This document shows positions 9,750 through 18,406 of a stretch of 64,000 bases of DNA, in pieces. A model generated the notes under the pieces. It ran no database searches. It was given only the letters and a program-made list of their open reading frames with translations, and was not told the origin of the DNA. Position 1 is the first letter of the stretch, and each line of letters opens with the position of its first letter. Both the position numbers and the translations under genes were made by a program. Source of the DNA: Methanotrichaceae archaeon (GTDB lineage Archaea; Halobacteriota; Methanosarcinia; Methanotrichales; Methanotrichaceae); assembly GCA_963754945.1 (NCBI GenBank), contig CAVWIG010000028.1, positions 32,001 to 96,000 on the forward strand, in the 5' to 3' direction.

Positions 9750-9944
9750 CTAGTATGTTTGCGCTAGCGCTTTTTCTTCGCTCTGGAGGAGATCTGTCTC
9801 TAGGGCTTGACTATACAGAATCGGTAAACGGCTGTCTATCGATGCAATTTCATCGGCCGCGGCCGCAATAAGCTCCAAAAGCTCCTTGCGCCGTGATGTG
9901 GCCATATCCAAATCGTTTCTCATGATAATATTTGCCTGTGTCAT
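9750..9944 (-). CDS. Small hypothetical protein; possibly the 5' part of the gene at the IS630 target
   Basis: 64-aa helical ORF whose stop coincides with the IS630 target TA. Confidence 0.35.
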   Translation of the reverse strand: MTQANIIMRNDLDMATSRRKELLELIAAAADEIASIDSRLPILYSQALETDLLQSEEKALAQTY

Positions 9945-10140
9945 TTAAAAATCGACACAAATGTTAACTTAATTAAGCCAACAGGAAGGATATTAACTCA
10001 TCGCTCCCTTACTCATTGAGGCAATGATGCGTTAAAGTACATTGTCGATGTTAAAGGTCGATTATCATCGTCTGAACTCTTGTTCAATTGAGATAAGATT
10101 TTTCCGCACCTATGAGGTATCTAACTAGAGGTTCGATACA

Positions 10141-11178
10141 ATGCCGCTCTTAGCAGTTGACGTCGGCGCAGGGACTCAGGACATCCTCCTTTACAGAGAG
10201 GACGTACCATTGGAAGGATCGACTAAGATGGTCCTGCCCAGCCCGACCGTGTTAGTGGCCGGAAGGATCGATCAGGCCAGGTCTCAAGGTTTAGACGTGT
10301 TCCTTGAAGGACCTACCATGGGAGGTGGCTCTTCTACGACAGCAGTGATTAGGCACCTGAAGGCAGGATTGAAGGTCTACGCGACGCCCTCTGCCGCAGC
10401 CACCATAAACGATAACCTGGATCGAGTGTCCCAAATGGGCGTGACCATCCAGGTGGAGATGCCCGCCGGTGCAGCGAGGATCTCCACTGGAGACATCGAC
10501 ATCTCCGCCCTCAAGGAAGCTTTTGGGCTTTTCGATCTCGACCTACCGGAAGAGATTGCAGTTGCAGTTCAGGACCACGGTTTCTCCCCTGACAGGTCAA
10601 ACCGGTTGGTCAGGTTCGAGCACCTGACCGATGCCATCCGAGAGGGCGGCAGGATAGAGAACTTCGCATTTAGGGAGCCACCAGTGGCCATGACAAGAAT
10701 GCTGGCGGTAAAAGCGCATCTTGAACACCATGAATACAAATCAATCCTTATGGACACAGGGCCTGCTGCCTTATTCGGTGCAGCCACGGACCCTTGTTTC
10801 GTTGATCCCGGGCTGATTTTGAACTTCGGCAACGGACACACCGTAGCTGCGATACTCTTCGAAGGAAGGATAACAGCGCTCTTCGAGCACCACACGTCCC
10901 AGCTAGATCCAGAGAAGCTTCGGCACTTTGTTTCAGGGCTCTGCGATGGAACCCTGAACAACTCTGATATATTCGACGACGGAGGCCACGGTGCTTTTAT
11001 AGAATGTGTACCTGACCTATTGAGATCAACTCTGGCCACCGGCCCGCGGAGGGACTCGTTCCTGCGGTCCGGCGCACTGAAAGGAGCGGTGGCAGCCGCG
11101 CCTGCAGGAGACATGATGATCACAGGCTGCATTGGCCTGATGGAAGCGTGGTCCAGGAAGGACATGTTATGGAGATAG
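10141..11178 (+). CDS. DUF1786-family protein (ASKHA-like motifs)
   Basis: LAVDVGAGTQDIL, MGGG, QDHG, MDTG.AA, NFGNGHT, FEHHT, DGGHG. Confidence 0.8.
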   Translation: MPLLAVDVGAGTQDILLYREDVPLEGSTKMVLPSPTVLVAGRIDQARSQGLDVFLEGPTMGGGSSTTAVIRHLKAGLKVYATPSAAATINDNLDRVSQMGVTIQVEMPAGAARISTGDIDISALKEAFGLFDLDLPEEIAVAVQDHGFSPDRSNRLVRFEHLTDAIREGGRIENFAFREPPVAMTRMLAVKAHLEHHEYKSILMDTGPAALFGAATDPCFVDPGLILNFGNGHTVAAILFEGRITALFEHHTSQLDPEKLRHFVSGLCDGTLNNSDIFDDGGHGAFIECVPDLLRSTLATGPRRDSFLRSGALKGAVAAAPAGDMMITGCIGLMEAWSRKDMLWR

Positions 11179-11741
11179 GAAGAGGAGCAGAAGCGGTTAT
11201 CACTCTAGAGGAAGGCGCAGTCAGAAAATGGAGGATTCCGAAAGGCTACAGACTGCCTGAGCTGGACGAGCAGATAAGGCGGGAGCGGACAATTCGAGAG
11301 GCGCGGATAACCTCAGAGGCCAGAAGGTGCGGTGTTCCAACGCCAATAATAAAGGACGTCTTGAAGTTCGACCTTATTATGGAGCACGTCGACGGCCAGA
11401 AGCTCAAGGACGTGATAACTCCAGCTCTGTCCGAACAGGTTGGGGAGATGGTGGGCAGGTTGCACAAGGCAGGCATAATCCACGGGGATCTGACTACCTC
11501 AAACATGATACTCCGGGATGGACGAATCTACCTGATAGACTTCGGCCTGGCATTCCACGAAGGATCGGTTGAGGCCCAGGGCGTGGACGTCCATGTCTAT
11601 TTCCAGACGCTAGAGTCCACTCACGACAGACCTGAGGAGCTGATAGAGGCTTTCATGTTAGGTTACGCAAGGACTCAACCGGTGGCGGAAGCTGTCCTCG
11701 AACGAGTGAAAGCGATCAAAGCCCGAGGAAGGTATCTTTGA
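11169..11741 (+). CDS. bud32: KEOPS kinase Bud32
   Basis: GRGAEA, K.R.PKGYR..LD..IR..RT..EAR, HGDLTTSN, IDFGL; probable ATG at 11169. Confidence 0.92.
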   Translation: MEIGRGAEAVITLEEGAVRKWRIPKGYRLPELDEQIRRERTIREARITSEARRCGVPTPIIKDVLKFDLIMEHVDGQKLKDVITPALSEQVGEMVGRLHKAGIIHGDLTTSNMILRDGRIYLIDFGLAFHEGSVEAQGVDVHVYFQTLESTHDRPEELIEAFMLGYARTQPVAEAVLERVKAIKARGRYL

Positions 11742-11882
11742 TCCGATCGTTGATCAGATCATGTTCTTCAAGATTCCATCGAAGTCCAAACAATTATGTT
11801 GTTACCATGTTGTTGCCATATCACCACCTTTATTTAGGAAATCGACCTTAGTTCAAATTTAGTTCCGAGGTGGTGACTTACC

Positions 11883-12152
11883 ATGGCAGAAGATGATGTT
11901 GTATTCGTCGGCAACAAACCAGTGATGAACTACGTTCTGGCGGTGGTTACTCAGTTCAACAGCGGTGCAAAGGACGTCAGGATAATGGCCAGAGGCCGTG
12001 CAATCTCTAGAGCGGTCGATGTGGCTGAGGTCTCAAGATCCAGGTTCCTTCCTGATGTGACACTGAAGGGTATACAGATTTCCACCGAGGTTTTGAACAC
12101 GGACCGCGGAGAGACCAACGTCTCCGCCATAGAAATAACCCTCGGGAAGTAA
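11883..12152 (+). CDS. albA: DNA/RNA-binding protein Alba
   Basis: [35 protein letters not shown]. Confidence 0.96.
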   Translation: MAEDDVVFVGNKPVMNYVLAVVTQFNSGAKDVRIMARGRAISRAVDVAEVSRSRFLPDVTLKGIQISTEVLNTDRGETNVSAIEITLGK

Positions 12153-12182
12153 ATCCTGGCAACAGAACGTGGCAGGTCGGCC

Positions 12183-12836
12183 TTGACTACCGGAATCGGC
12201 GTAATATCCTCCGGGCGTGGTGAGAACCTCAGGTACATCATAGAGGCTTCGCGCTCGGGATATCTGCCAGCGGAAGTCAGAATTGTGCTCGCTGACCAGA
12301 ATAACGCCGGAGCCCTCAGGATAGCAGACGATTACGGGATAAAGGGCGTTTTCGTCGATTCAGCAGGAACCTCCCGCCAGGATTACGATAGAGTTCTTTT
12401 AGATCATCTGGAACGTGCCGATGTTGATCTGGTGGTCCTTACCGGCTATATGAGAATTTTGTCCAGGCCTTTCGTTGAGCATTACAGGCACAGAATCCTG
12501 AACATTCATCCTGCTCTTCTGCCCGCTTTCAGAGGCATGAACGCCTTTCAGCAGGCCCTGGACCACGGGGTAAAGTGGACGGGCACCACCATCCATCTGG
12601 TGGACGAAGAAGTCGATCACGGCCCAATACTCCACCAGGTGCCAGTGCCAGTCAAGGATAACGATACTTATGAGAGCCTGAAGGCCAGGGTTCAGAGGGC
12701 GGAGTACGAAGCTTACCCAACTGCCATAAAAAAGTTCATCGAGGGCAAACCAAAAGTTGTTGGAAGAAGGGTCATTTTCGAATGTTCTGAAGCTGAAGAA
12801 TCCGATAATACAAAAGATAAGATGAAGCTAGTCTGA
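12183..12836 (+). CDS. purN: Phosphoribosylglycinamide formyltransferase
   Basis: SGRGENL, GYMRIL, NIHPALLPAF.G, G.TIHLV.EEVD.GPI. Confidence 0.93.
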   Translation: MTTGIGVISSGRGENLRYIIEASRSGYLPAEVRIVLADQNNAGALRIADDYGIKGVFVDSAGTSRQDYDRVLLDHLERADVDLVVLTGYMRILSRPFVEHYRHRILNIHPALLPAFRGMNAFQQALDHGVKWTGTTIHLVDEEVDHGPILHQVPVPVKDNDTYESLKARVQRAEYEAYPTAIKKFIEGKPKVVGRRVIFECSEAEESDNTKDKMKLV

Positions 12837-12902
12837 ATAAATAATATAATAAATATATAATAATAAATCGTTATGAAACAATAATGTACGAGGGATTGTA
12901 AG

Positions 12903-13391
12903 ATGGAGAACCTTTGGGCGCCCTGGAGAATAGATTACATACTCAGCAAGAAGCCCCCTGGATGCATATTCTGTGACAAGCCCACAGAGAACAAGGACGA
13001 AGAAAACCTGATCCTTTACCGTGGGAAGTACAACTTCTTAATAATGAACGCCTTTCCTTACAACAACGGCCACATGATGGTCGTTCCCTACAGGCATACT
13101 GCATCGCTCTCTGGCTGGTCGCCGGAAGAGCAGAAGGAGCTGCTGGAGCTGGCCGACCTGGCAGTGAATCTGCTCAAGAAACTCATGAAGCCGGACGGCT
13201 TCAACCTGGGTATAAACATGGGACTTGTAGCCGGAGCAGGCGTAGCCGACCACATCCACCTGCACGTCGTGCCACGCTGGAATGGCGATACAAACTTCAT
13301 GCCGGTGCTGTCGGACACACGGGTGATATCCGAAGCCCTAAGAATGACTTACAGGAAGCTGAAAGAGACGCTGGAAGAAGCTAAACCATAG
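12903..13391 (+). CDS. HIT-family nucleotide hydrolase (FHIT/Ap4A phosphorylase-like)
   Basis: LWAPWR, CIFC, N.FPYN.GH, HIHLHVVPRW.GD. Confidence 0.9.
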   Translation: MENLWAPWRIDYILSKKPPGCIFCDKPTENKDEENLILYRGKYNFLIMNAFPYNNGHMMVVPYRHTASLSGWSPEEQKELLELADLAVNLLKKLMKPDGFNLGINMGLVAGAGVADHIHLHVVPRWNGDTNFMPVLSDTRVISEALRMTYRKLKETLEEAKP

Positions 13392-14066
13392 AATTTGCCA
13401 GATGGCCTTCAAACGCTACCACTTACTCCAGGATTGTTTTCCAACGTTCGGTCCGAGGTTTTTCTTCATGAACAGTTCGACCTCGATCCGCACCTCTTCG
13501 CTCAGTTGGCGTTCCAGGAGTATGTACTCGTAGAGCGTTTGGGCTGGCTTATTCCACATATGAAAAAGTTGTGGCCCACTGAAGTAGGATCTTGCACCAC
13601 TTAATATAGACCCACTCTCCTATACATAAAAATGAAGATTTCGTGTTGGTACAAGAACGGCAGTTTAGATGCATTACGGCAGTTTTGCGTTCAAAATCAA
13701 AACAAACCAATATCTATAAAGTTGGTAAGCGAATCAGAGCCGATCAAAGGGGTATTATATAACCATCGAGTTGCTTCCTTGAACGCAGCTGGTCTCTGCC
13801 TACTTTTAACTGACAAAGCAATTCATCCTGCATACTACTGTCTAGACGGTATCGAGAGCTTCCATACTGGACTATGTGGGCAAAATCCATCTGGATAGAG
13901 CGTGCATATACTAGAAGGCACCCGCTCCTCTAAAGATTACCAGTCGTAATGCGCTGCTTTGTTATGATATCGGACAGAATAATCATCAAGCATTGGTGGC
14001 TCAGGGCTCCTTAGAAATAATAACATTATTAAACATAAGCATTAATAGGCGTTGGAGATGAAATAG

Positions 14067-14327
14067 ATGGACAACATACACGTAAAGATCCTGGAAGCTA
14101 TCAATTCACTTTCCCCTAAGTCCTTTGTCAGTCCCATTGAAGTTAACGAGAAGGTTAAGCTAGATGAAATCGAATTTGCGGATCGCTTATTGTCTCTTAG
14201 AAGACTGAGATATGTCACCGTTAAAACGGACTGTGGCGCTCCCGGCAAGAGCCTTCCCAACGGCATCTCCGGTGTTAGCATCACGAACGATGGCCTACAA
14301 GTTTTACGAAGGCGGACATACCTCTAG
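14067..14327 (+). CDS. Small hypothetical protein, wHTH-like
   Basis: ATG after GGAGAT; pattern ILEAI...L..L...YV...SIT..GLQVL. Confidence 0.5.
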   Translation: MDNIHVKILEAINSLSPKSFVSPIEVNEKVKLDEIEFADRLLSLRRLRYVTVKTDCGAPGKSLPNGISGVSITNDGLQVLRRRTYL

Positions 14328-14365
14328 TCCGGAGGTGGCCGTTCATTTTAATATAAAAAATAGGA

Positions 14366-14617
14366 TTATTTAGAGCATGGCCCGTCCAGCCACTGGCCGC
14401 ATATCGGCTCTCCTATGTTCTCGGCAGGGTCGTCGCACTTCTTGATATAGCCGCAGTACCTGTGCACTTTTTTGCCCGAGGCTGGGATGATCTGCTCCTG
14501 GCACCAGAGCTTGAGCCCGCACCCTTCTGCCAGGGTCAGCTTCTTGAGAATCTCTTCCTCAGTTTCGCCTTTTGACAGCAGTTCCTTCAACCGCTTCTCC
14601 GACTCTTCCATGGTCAT
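14366..14617 (-). CDS. Small Cys-containing hypothetical protein
   Basis: 83 aa with six Cys; AT-rich promoter-like region upstream. Confidence 0.55.
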   Translation of the reverse strand: MTMEESEKRLKELLSKGETEEEILKKLTLAEGCGLKLWCQEQIIPASGKKVHRYCGYIKKCDDPAENIGEPICGQWLDGPCSK

Positions 14618-14874
14618 GACAACTGTATATGCTCTTGGGTTTATTTAAAATGTCCGTTGAGCTTCGAAACAAGAACCGGCAAATGATTAACTACGAAAAT
14701 CCTGCTAGTCCATAACCCAGATGAGCTCCAAACACGTGATACATCAGTCTTCCTCCTGCTCGCACAACCTGGATCTGAGCGAAAGATATATCGACTTTGG
14801 TAGAAAATATTAAACTACCGCGTAATATCGGACGCTCCCACCTGATAATAAGAACCTGAGAGGTATATGCTAGA

Positions 14875-15513
14875 ATGGAAGAACATAATTCACAAAAATA
14901 TAAAGAGAAAACAAAAACACATTTTGAAGAAATATCAACGCACTATTCCGACTCATACGCAGGCAAATATACAGCACCTATGCATGATGCGTTGATACAG
15001 GAGTTAGCTGAGATAACTTTCGCATCACTGCTGGATGTGGGATGTGGAACGGGTACATTCTTGTCGATTGTCTCTAAAAGATTTGATGTCAAAGTATCTG
15101 GCATCGACATATCACCCGGAATGATTAAAAAAAGCAGAGAATTGCTTGGAGGCGGTGCCGATCTAAGAGTAGGGGACTCTGAGCATCTGCCCTGGAACAA
15201 CGAGTCCTTTGATGTTGTTACCTGCATTGCATCTTTTCACCATTATCCCAATCCTGAGCCTGTTTTAATGGAAATGAAACGCGTCTTGAAACCTGGTGGG
15301 AGAGTGATAATTGCGGACCCCTGGGCGCCCAATCCGTGGAGATTTTTAGCAAATTTAATCGTCCGGACCCGATTAAACAGAGGTGGGGATGTAAAAGTGT
15401 ACTCTTGGGAGGAAATGCGGGAATTGCTTGAAAAGTGTGGACTGGCGTCCGTAAAATGGAAAGTAAAAGGCAATCTTTGGAAGAAATATTTTATAGTGAC
15501 TGCTTCAGCATGA
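14875..15513 (+). CDS. Class I SAM-dependent methyltransferase
   Basis: LLDVGCGTG, GIDIS, GDSEHLP, FDVV, RVLKPGG. Confidence 0.9.
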   Translation: MEEHNSQKYKEKTKTHFEEISTHYSDSYAGKYTAPMHDALIQELAEITFASLLDVGCGTGTFLSIVSKRFDVKVSGIDISPGMIKKSRELLGGGADLRVGDSEHLPWNNESFDVVTCIASFHHYPNPEPVLMEMKRVLKPGGRVIIADPWAPNPWRFLANLIVRTRLNRGGDVKVYSWEEMRELLEKCGLASVKWKVKGNLWKKYFIVTASA

Positions 15514-15966
15514 AGGTGATTCGCTCGATAATTTGCTGTTTTCCCGGGCCTCGAAGGCCACCCCTCGCCGCTCCAGCTCCTTTGTAAGCTCTTCCATGAA
15601 CACCCCCATTCCCGGGACATGCTCGTGAGGTGACTCTCGAACTCTGCCTCCAAGGTATCCTGCGCTCGTGGTCAGAACTCCGCAACTAGGACTTCCGGCT
15701 ACGCCTTCAATCATTGTGCTCGTTCCTTTGGATGCAAGCATTTCGATCATGTCTGCGTAATGCACGATCAGCGATCTGCAGAATCGCCTGAACTCCGGCA
15801 CCTCCAGTTGGTTTCTAGTCACAGCCCACCTATCCAGCCCCAGGTAAAGGGCCTCCGGGCAGGGAAGCTGGATCAAAGGAGGCTCTGGCCTGAAATCCAA
15901 TTGTTCAAGTCCTTTCACCCTGGTGTGGGGATTCAGGAGGCAGTGAGCCACCACCTGAAGCTCCAT
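15505..15966 (-). CDS. DUF523/TudS-related putative [4Fe-4S] desulfidase
   Basis: HCLLN, QLPCPE, GSPSCG, GVFMEEL. Confidence 0.75.
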   Translation of the reverse strand: MELQVVAHCLLNPHTRVKGLEQLDFRPEPPLIQLPCPEALYLGLDRWAVTRNQLEVPEFRRFCRSLIVHYADMIEMLASKGTSTMIEGVAGSPSCGVLTTSAGYLGGRVRESPHEHVPGMGVFMEELTKELERRGVAFEARENSKLSSESPSC

Positions 15967-16359
15967 TCAGCCTGCCTTCGGCTGTCGATTCTTGATGTAT
16001 TGATAGAACTTGATCCCGTCCACATCCTCGTAAAAGACTATGTTCTCGGCTGCTCCACCCACTTTAAGTCGTAGGGTGTTTGTGTGGAACTCCTTAACAT
16101 ACTCCACATCCTCGATCTTGTCCATAGGGACCGTCTGGACCCGATCCCACATTATCCCAGTTCGGACGAAGTGGACGTTCTTCCTGGTGACAACCAGCCA
16201 GGAGAAGATCTTCTGGTCGTCACCCATGCCTATCCTGGTCATTGCCAGCATCTGCTGGGTAGCGTACCTCTCCAGAAGTGCCGGAAAGATGAGGAGTGGC
16301 TCCTCTCCTTCTGCCTCCAGCTTCTTTAAAGCCCTTCGCAGCTTTTTGGGTGTCTCCAT
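15967..16359 (-). CDS. Hypothetical protein, bacterial PH-domain-like
   Basis: LVVT.K.VHF, VPMDKIEDVEY pattern; stop abuts the next start. Confidence 0.55.
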   Translation of the reverse strand: METPKKLRRALKKLEAEGEEPLLIFPALLERYATQQMLAMTRIGMGDDQKIFSWLVVTRKNVHFVRTGIMWDRVQTVPMDKIEDVEYVKEFHTNTLRLKVGGAAENIVFYEDVDGIKFYQYIKNRQPKAG

Positions 16360-16426
16360 GAGTGGCGTAGGCGAATTTTAGCTCTAGGTAGCTATCTATG
16401 CTCCTATATGCAGTCTATGTAACTAT

Positions 16427-17587
16427 TTATGTTACTATCTTCTCTAAGACGTCGTTTTCCAGGGCAATGCTGACCTCACGGGCGAGCCTGCGTCCTGTGG
16501 ACATGTTGGTCCTCCAGAGCGCGTTCCCGTAAGGGTGGCCGACGGCCATGTGGACGTTGGTCCCGCCTCCAACTCTGGGAGCGACGTCGTAGATGTAGAA
16601 GTTCAGGTCCTTGTCAACACAGGTCTGCAGGCAGAAAGGTCCTATGATTCCCGGATCGTAATACTCCTGGGTAGCTTCAACGTACTTCTCAGCCAGCTCG
16701 AAGGCCTTCTCGAGAAGCGACTCGCGCAGCGTGGCGGAGTTGTGGCCGCAGACTGTGTACTCAGGGTTGATCTGCTGCTCGTTCAGGGCCATCTGCTGGG
16801 GTGCCGGCAACCTGACGTGCCCATCCAGGCTCGTCTCGAAGCGCCAATCTATGCCAATCAGCTCTATCCTCTGGGAGATGGGCGAGTAGAAGAAGTCCAG
16901 GTTGAACACAGGACCTATGACGTACCTCTCAATCCTGGCCAGATCCAGGCCGTCCTGGTCGATCACTCCCTGCTTAAGAAGTATGTCGGCCTTCTGGCAG
17001 TACTGCTCGTATGAGGCGGCCGTGAAAAACCCACGCTCAAGGGTCTTGACAGCGTGGGGCAGCTTTACCATGACCAATTCGTCGATCTCCTCTGGCTCGA
17101 TCTGTTCTGGGAATGGCAACCCAGCCTTCTCCAGCAGCCAGTAGTAGTCTTTCTTGTCTCCCCGCTCCTCCGACCTAAGCAGGTTCCTGGAACCTATCAA
17201 AGGAACGGCAAACTGGTCCTCTACGGCATCTATCCCGCAGTAAGAGGTGAATGACCTATTGGGAACGAAGAGGACGTTCTTTGAACGTAGAAACTCCTGG
17301 TTCTCCTCCTCGATGACCTCTGAGAACCTCTTGAGCATGAGCACCTCGTCGATCATGCCGGTGATTATCCTGCCTTTCTTGTCGCGGTTGGCCCTGAAAT
17401 ACTTGACATAGGGCTTCTCGCGCCCCTCCTGGCAGACGGCCAGGGTCCTGAAGTGCTCCTCTACTGCACCGTCGGCAGTGTCAAGCGCTGAGTGGGAGGC
17501 GATCATGCCAATGCGCAGGTCGCCCAGTTCATATTCATTCAGGATCTCCCTAATCCTGCTGCGATCGATCAAACTAAAGCACCCCAA
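16427..17587 (-). CDS. purP: PurP-family formate:AICAR ligase (ATP-grasp)
   Basis: ASHSALD, VPNRSF, ERGFF, GPFCLQ, RVGGGTN, MSTGRR.ARE; true start may be the TTG a few codons downstream. Confidence 0.85.
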   Translation of the reverse strand: MGCFSLIDRSRIREILNEYELGDLRIGMIASHSALDTADGAVEEHFRTLAVCQEGREKPYVKYFRANRDKKGRIITGMIDEVLMLKRFSEVIEEENQEFLRSKNVLFVPNRSFTSYCGIDAVEDQFAVPLIGSRNLLRSEERGDKKDYYWLLEKAGLPFPEQIEPEEIDELVMVKLPHAVKTLERGFFTAASYEQYCQKADILLKQGVIDQDGLDLARIERYVIGPVFNLDFFYSPISQRIELIGIDWRFETSLDGHVRLPAPQQMALNEQQINPEYTVCGHNSATLRESLLEKAFELAEKYVEATQEYYDPGIIGPFCLQTCVDKDLNFYIYDVAPRVGGGTNVHMAVGHPYGNALWRTNMSTGRRLAREVSIALENDVLEKIVT

Positions 17588-17626
17588 AATAATTACATCC
17601 GTTCATCCTATTTCCATCCTGACTTA

Positions 17627-18406
17627 TCAAGGTGACTGTTGAGCTGGATTGGAGACATAGATCTCGCCTTTTCCGTTCTCCACCAGGTCTCCTAAGTACT
17701 TCTGGAAGTTGGCCCCTTCTATATTGACCAGCTCCATCCTTTGGTAGCTGGGCAGCATCTTCGCCATGCCCTTTATAGTAATCGATCCTTTGGTCATCTC
17801 CGCTCCTGGGAGATAGGTGCTGCCGCCGATGATTATGGTGCCGCCCTGGTTGGCGGATCCTGGAAAGTCTCCGGCATCGCTTCCAACCCTGATGCCTCCA
17901 CCACACATGTGCTCGCCGAGGTAGGCGCCGGCCTGGCCCGCTATCTCAATCTCTCCGCCGCGCATGCCGCACTTTTCGCCCCTGTAACCGGCACCAACAT
18001 AGTTTCCGGCGTTGCCCTCCACCACGATCTTGCCTCCGCGCATCTCCCTCCCGAGCCAGTCGTCCGCATTTCCCTGTACGCGAAGCACCCCTCCTTTCAT
18101 GCCGCTGCCTGTCCGCATCCCCACGTCGCCACGAACCTCCACTGTCCCAGCGCTCATGTTCTCGCCTATCCTCTTCACTCTGGAGAAATCGCCTTCCATG
18201 ATTACCGTCGTCTCCTCCGGCTTGACGATAACATCATCCCCCTCCACACTGAAGAGAGCTGAGAGCTTATTCGTACTGTTGCCCTGCCAGGCTTCCAGCG
18301 ATCCTATCTGGGCTAAGCTTAAACCTGCTAACTTATCCGGAGAGATGATCTCAGCCTCCACGGGGATATCGAACGCCTTTTTTGGACGTAGAGTAATAGT
18401 CCTCAT
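17627..18406 (-). CDS. fwdC: Formylmethanofuran dehydrogenase subunit C
   Basis: EAEIISPD, VKRIG..M..G, repeated G..M.GG beta-helix. Confidence 0.92.
   Translation of the reverse strand: MRTITLRPKKAFDIPVEAEIISPDKLAGLSLAQIGSLEAWQGNSTNKLSALFSVEGDDVIVKPEETTVIMEGDFSRVKRIGENMSAGTVEVRGDVGMRTGSGMKGGVLRVQGNADDWLGREMRGGKIVVEGNAGNYVGAGYRGEKCGMRGGEIEIAGQAGAYLGEHMCGGGIRVGSDAGDFPGSANQGGTIIIGGSTYLPGAEMTKGSITIKGMAKMLPSYQRMELVNIEGANFQKYLGDLVENGKGEIYVSNPAQQSP

Larger units (their letters stand above)
7281..9750 (+). mobile_element. IS630-family element, interrupted by an IS5
   Basis: Imperfect TIRs GTGCACCATAAC (7281) and GTTATGATGCAC (ending 9750); TA duplication at 7279-7280 and 9751-9752. Confidence 0.9.

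Noticed and set aside
7190-9944. Pyrrolysine readthrough of the in-frame TAG at the IS630 target
   Set aside because: A TAA follows in the same frame and no pyl genes are visible
10022-10076. Possible C/D-box sRNA (ATGATGC...CTGA)
   Set aside because: Imperfect C box, no clear D'/C' boxes and no identifiable guide target
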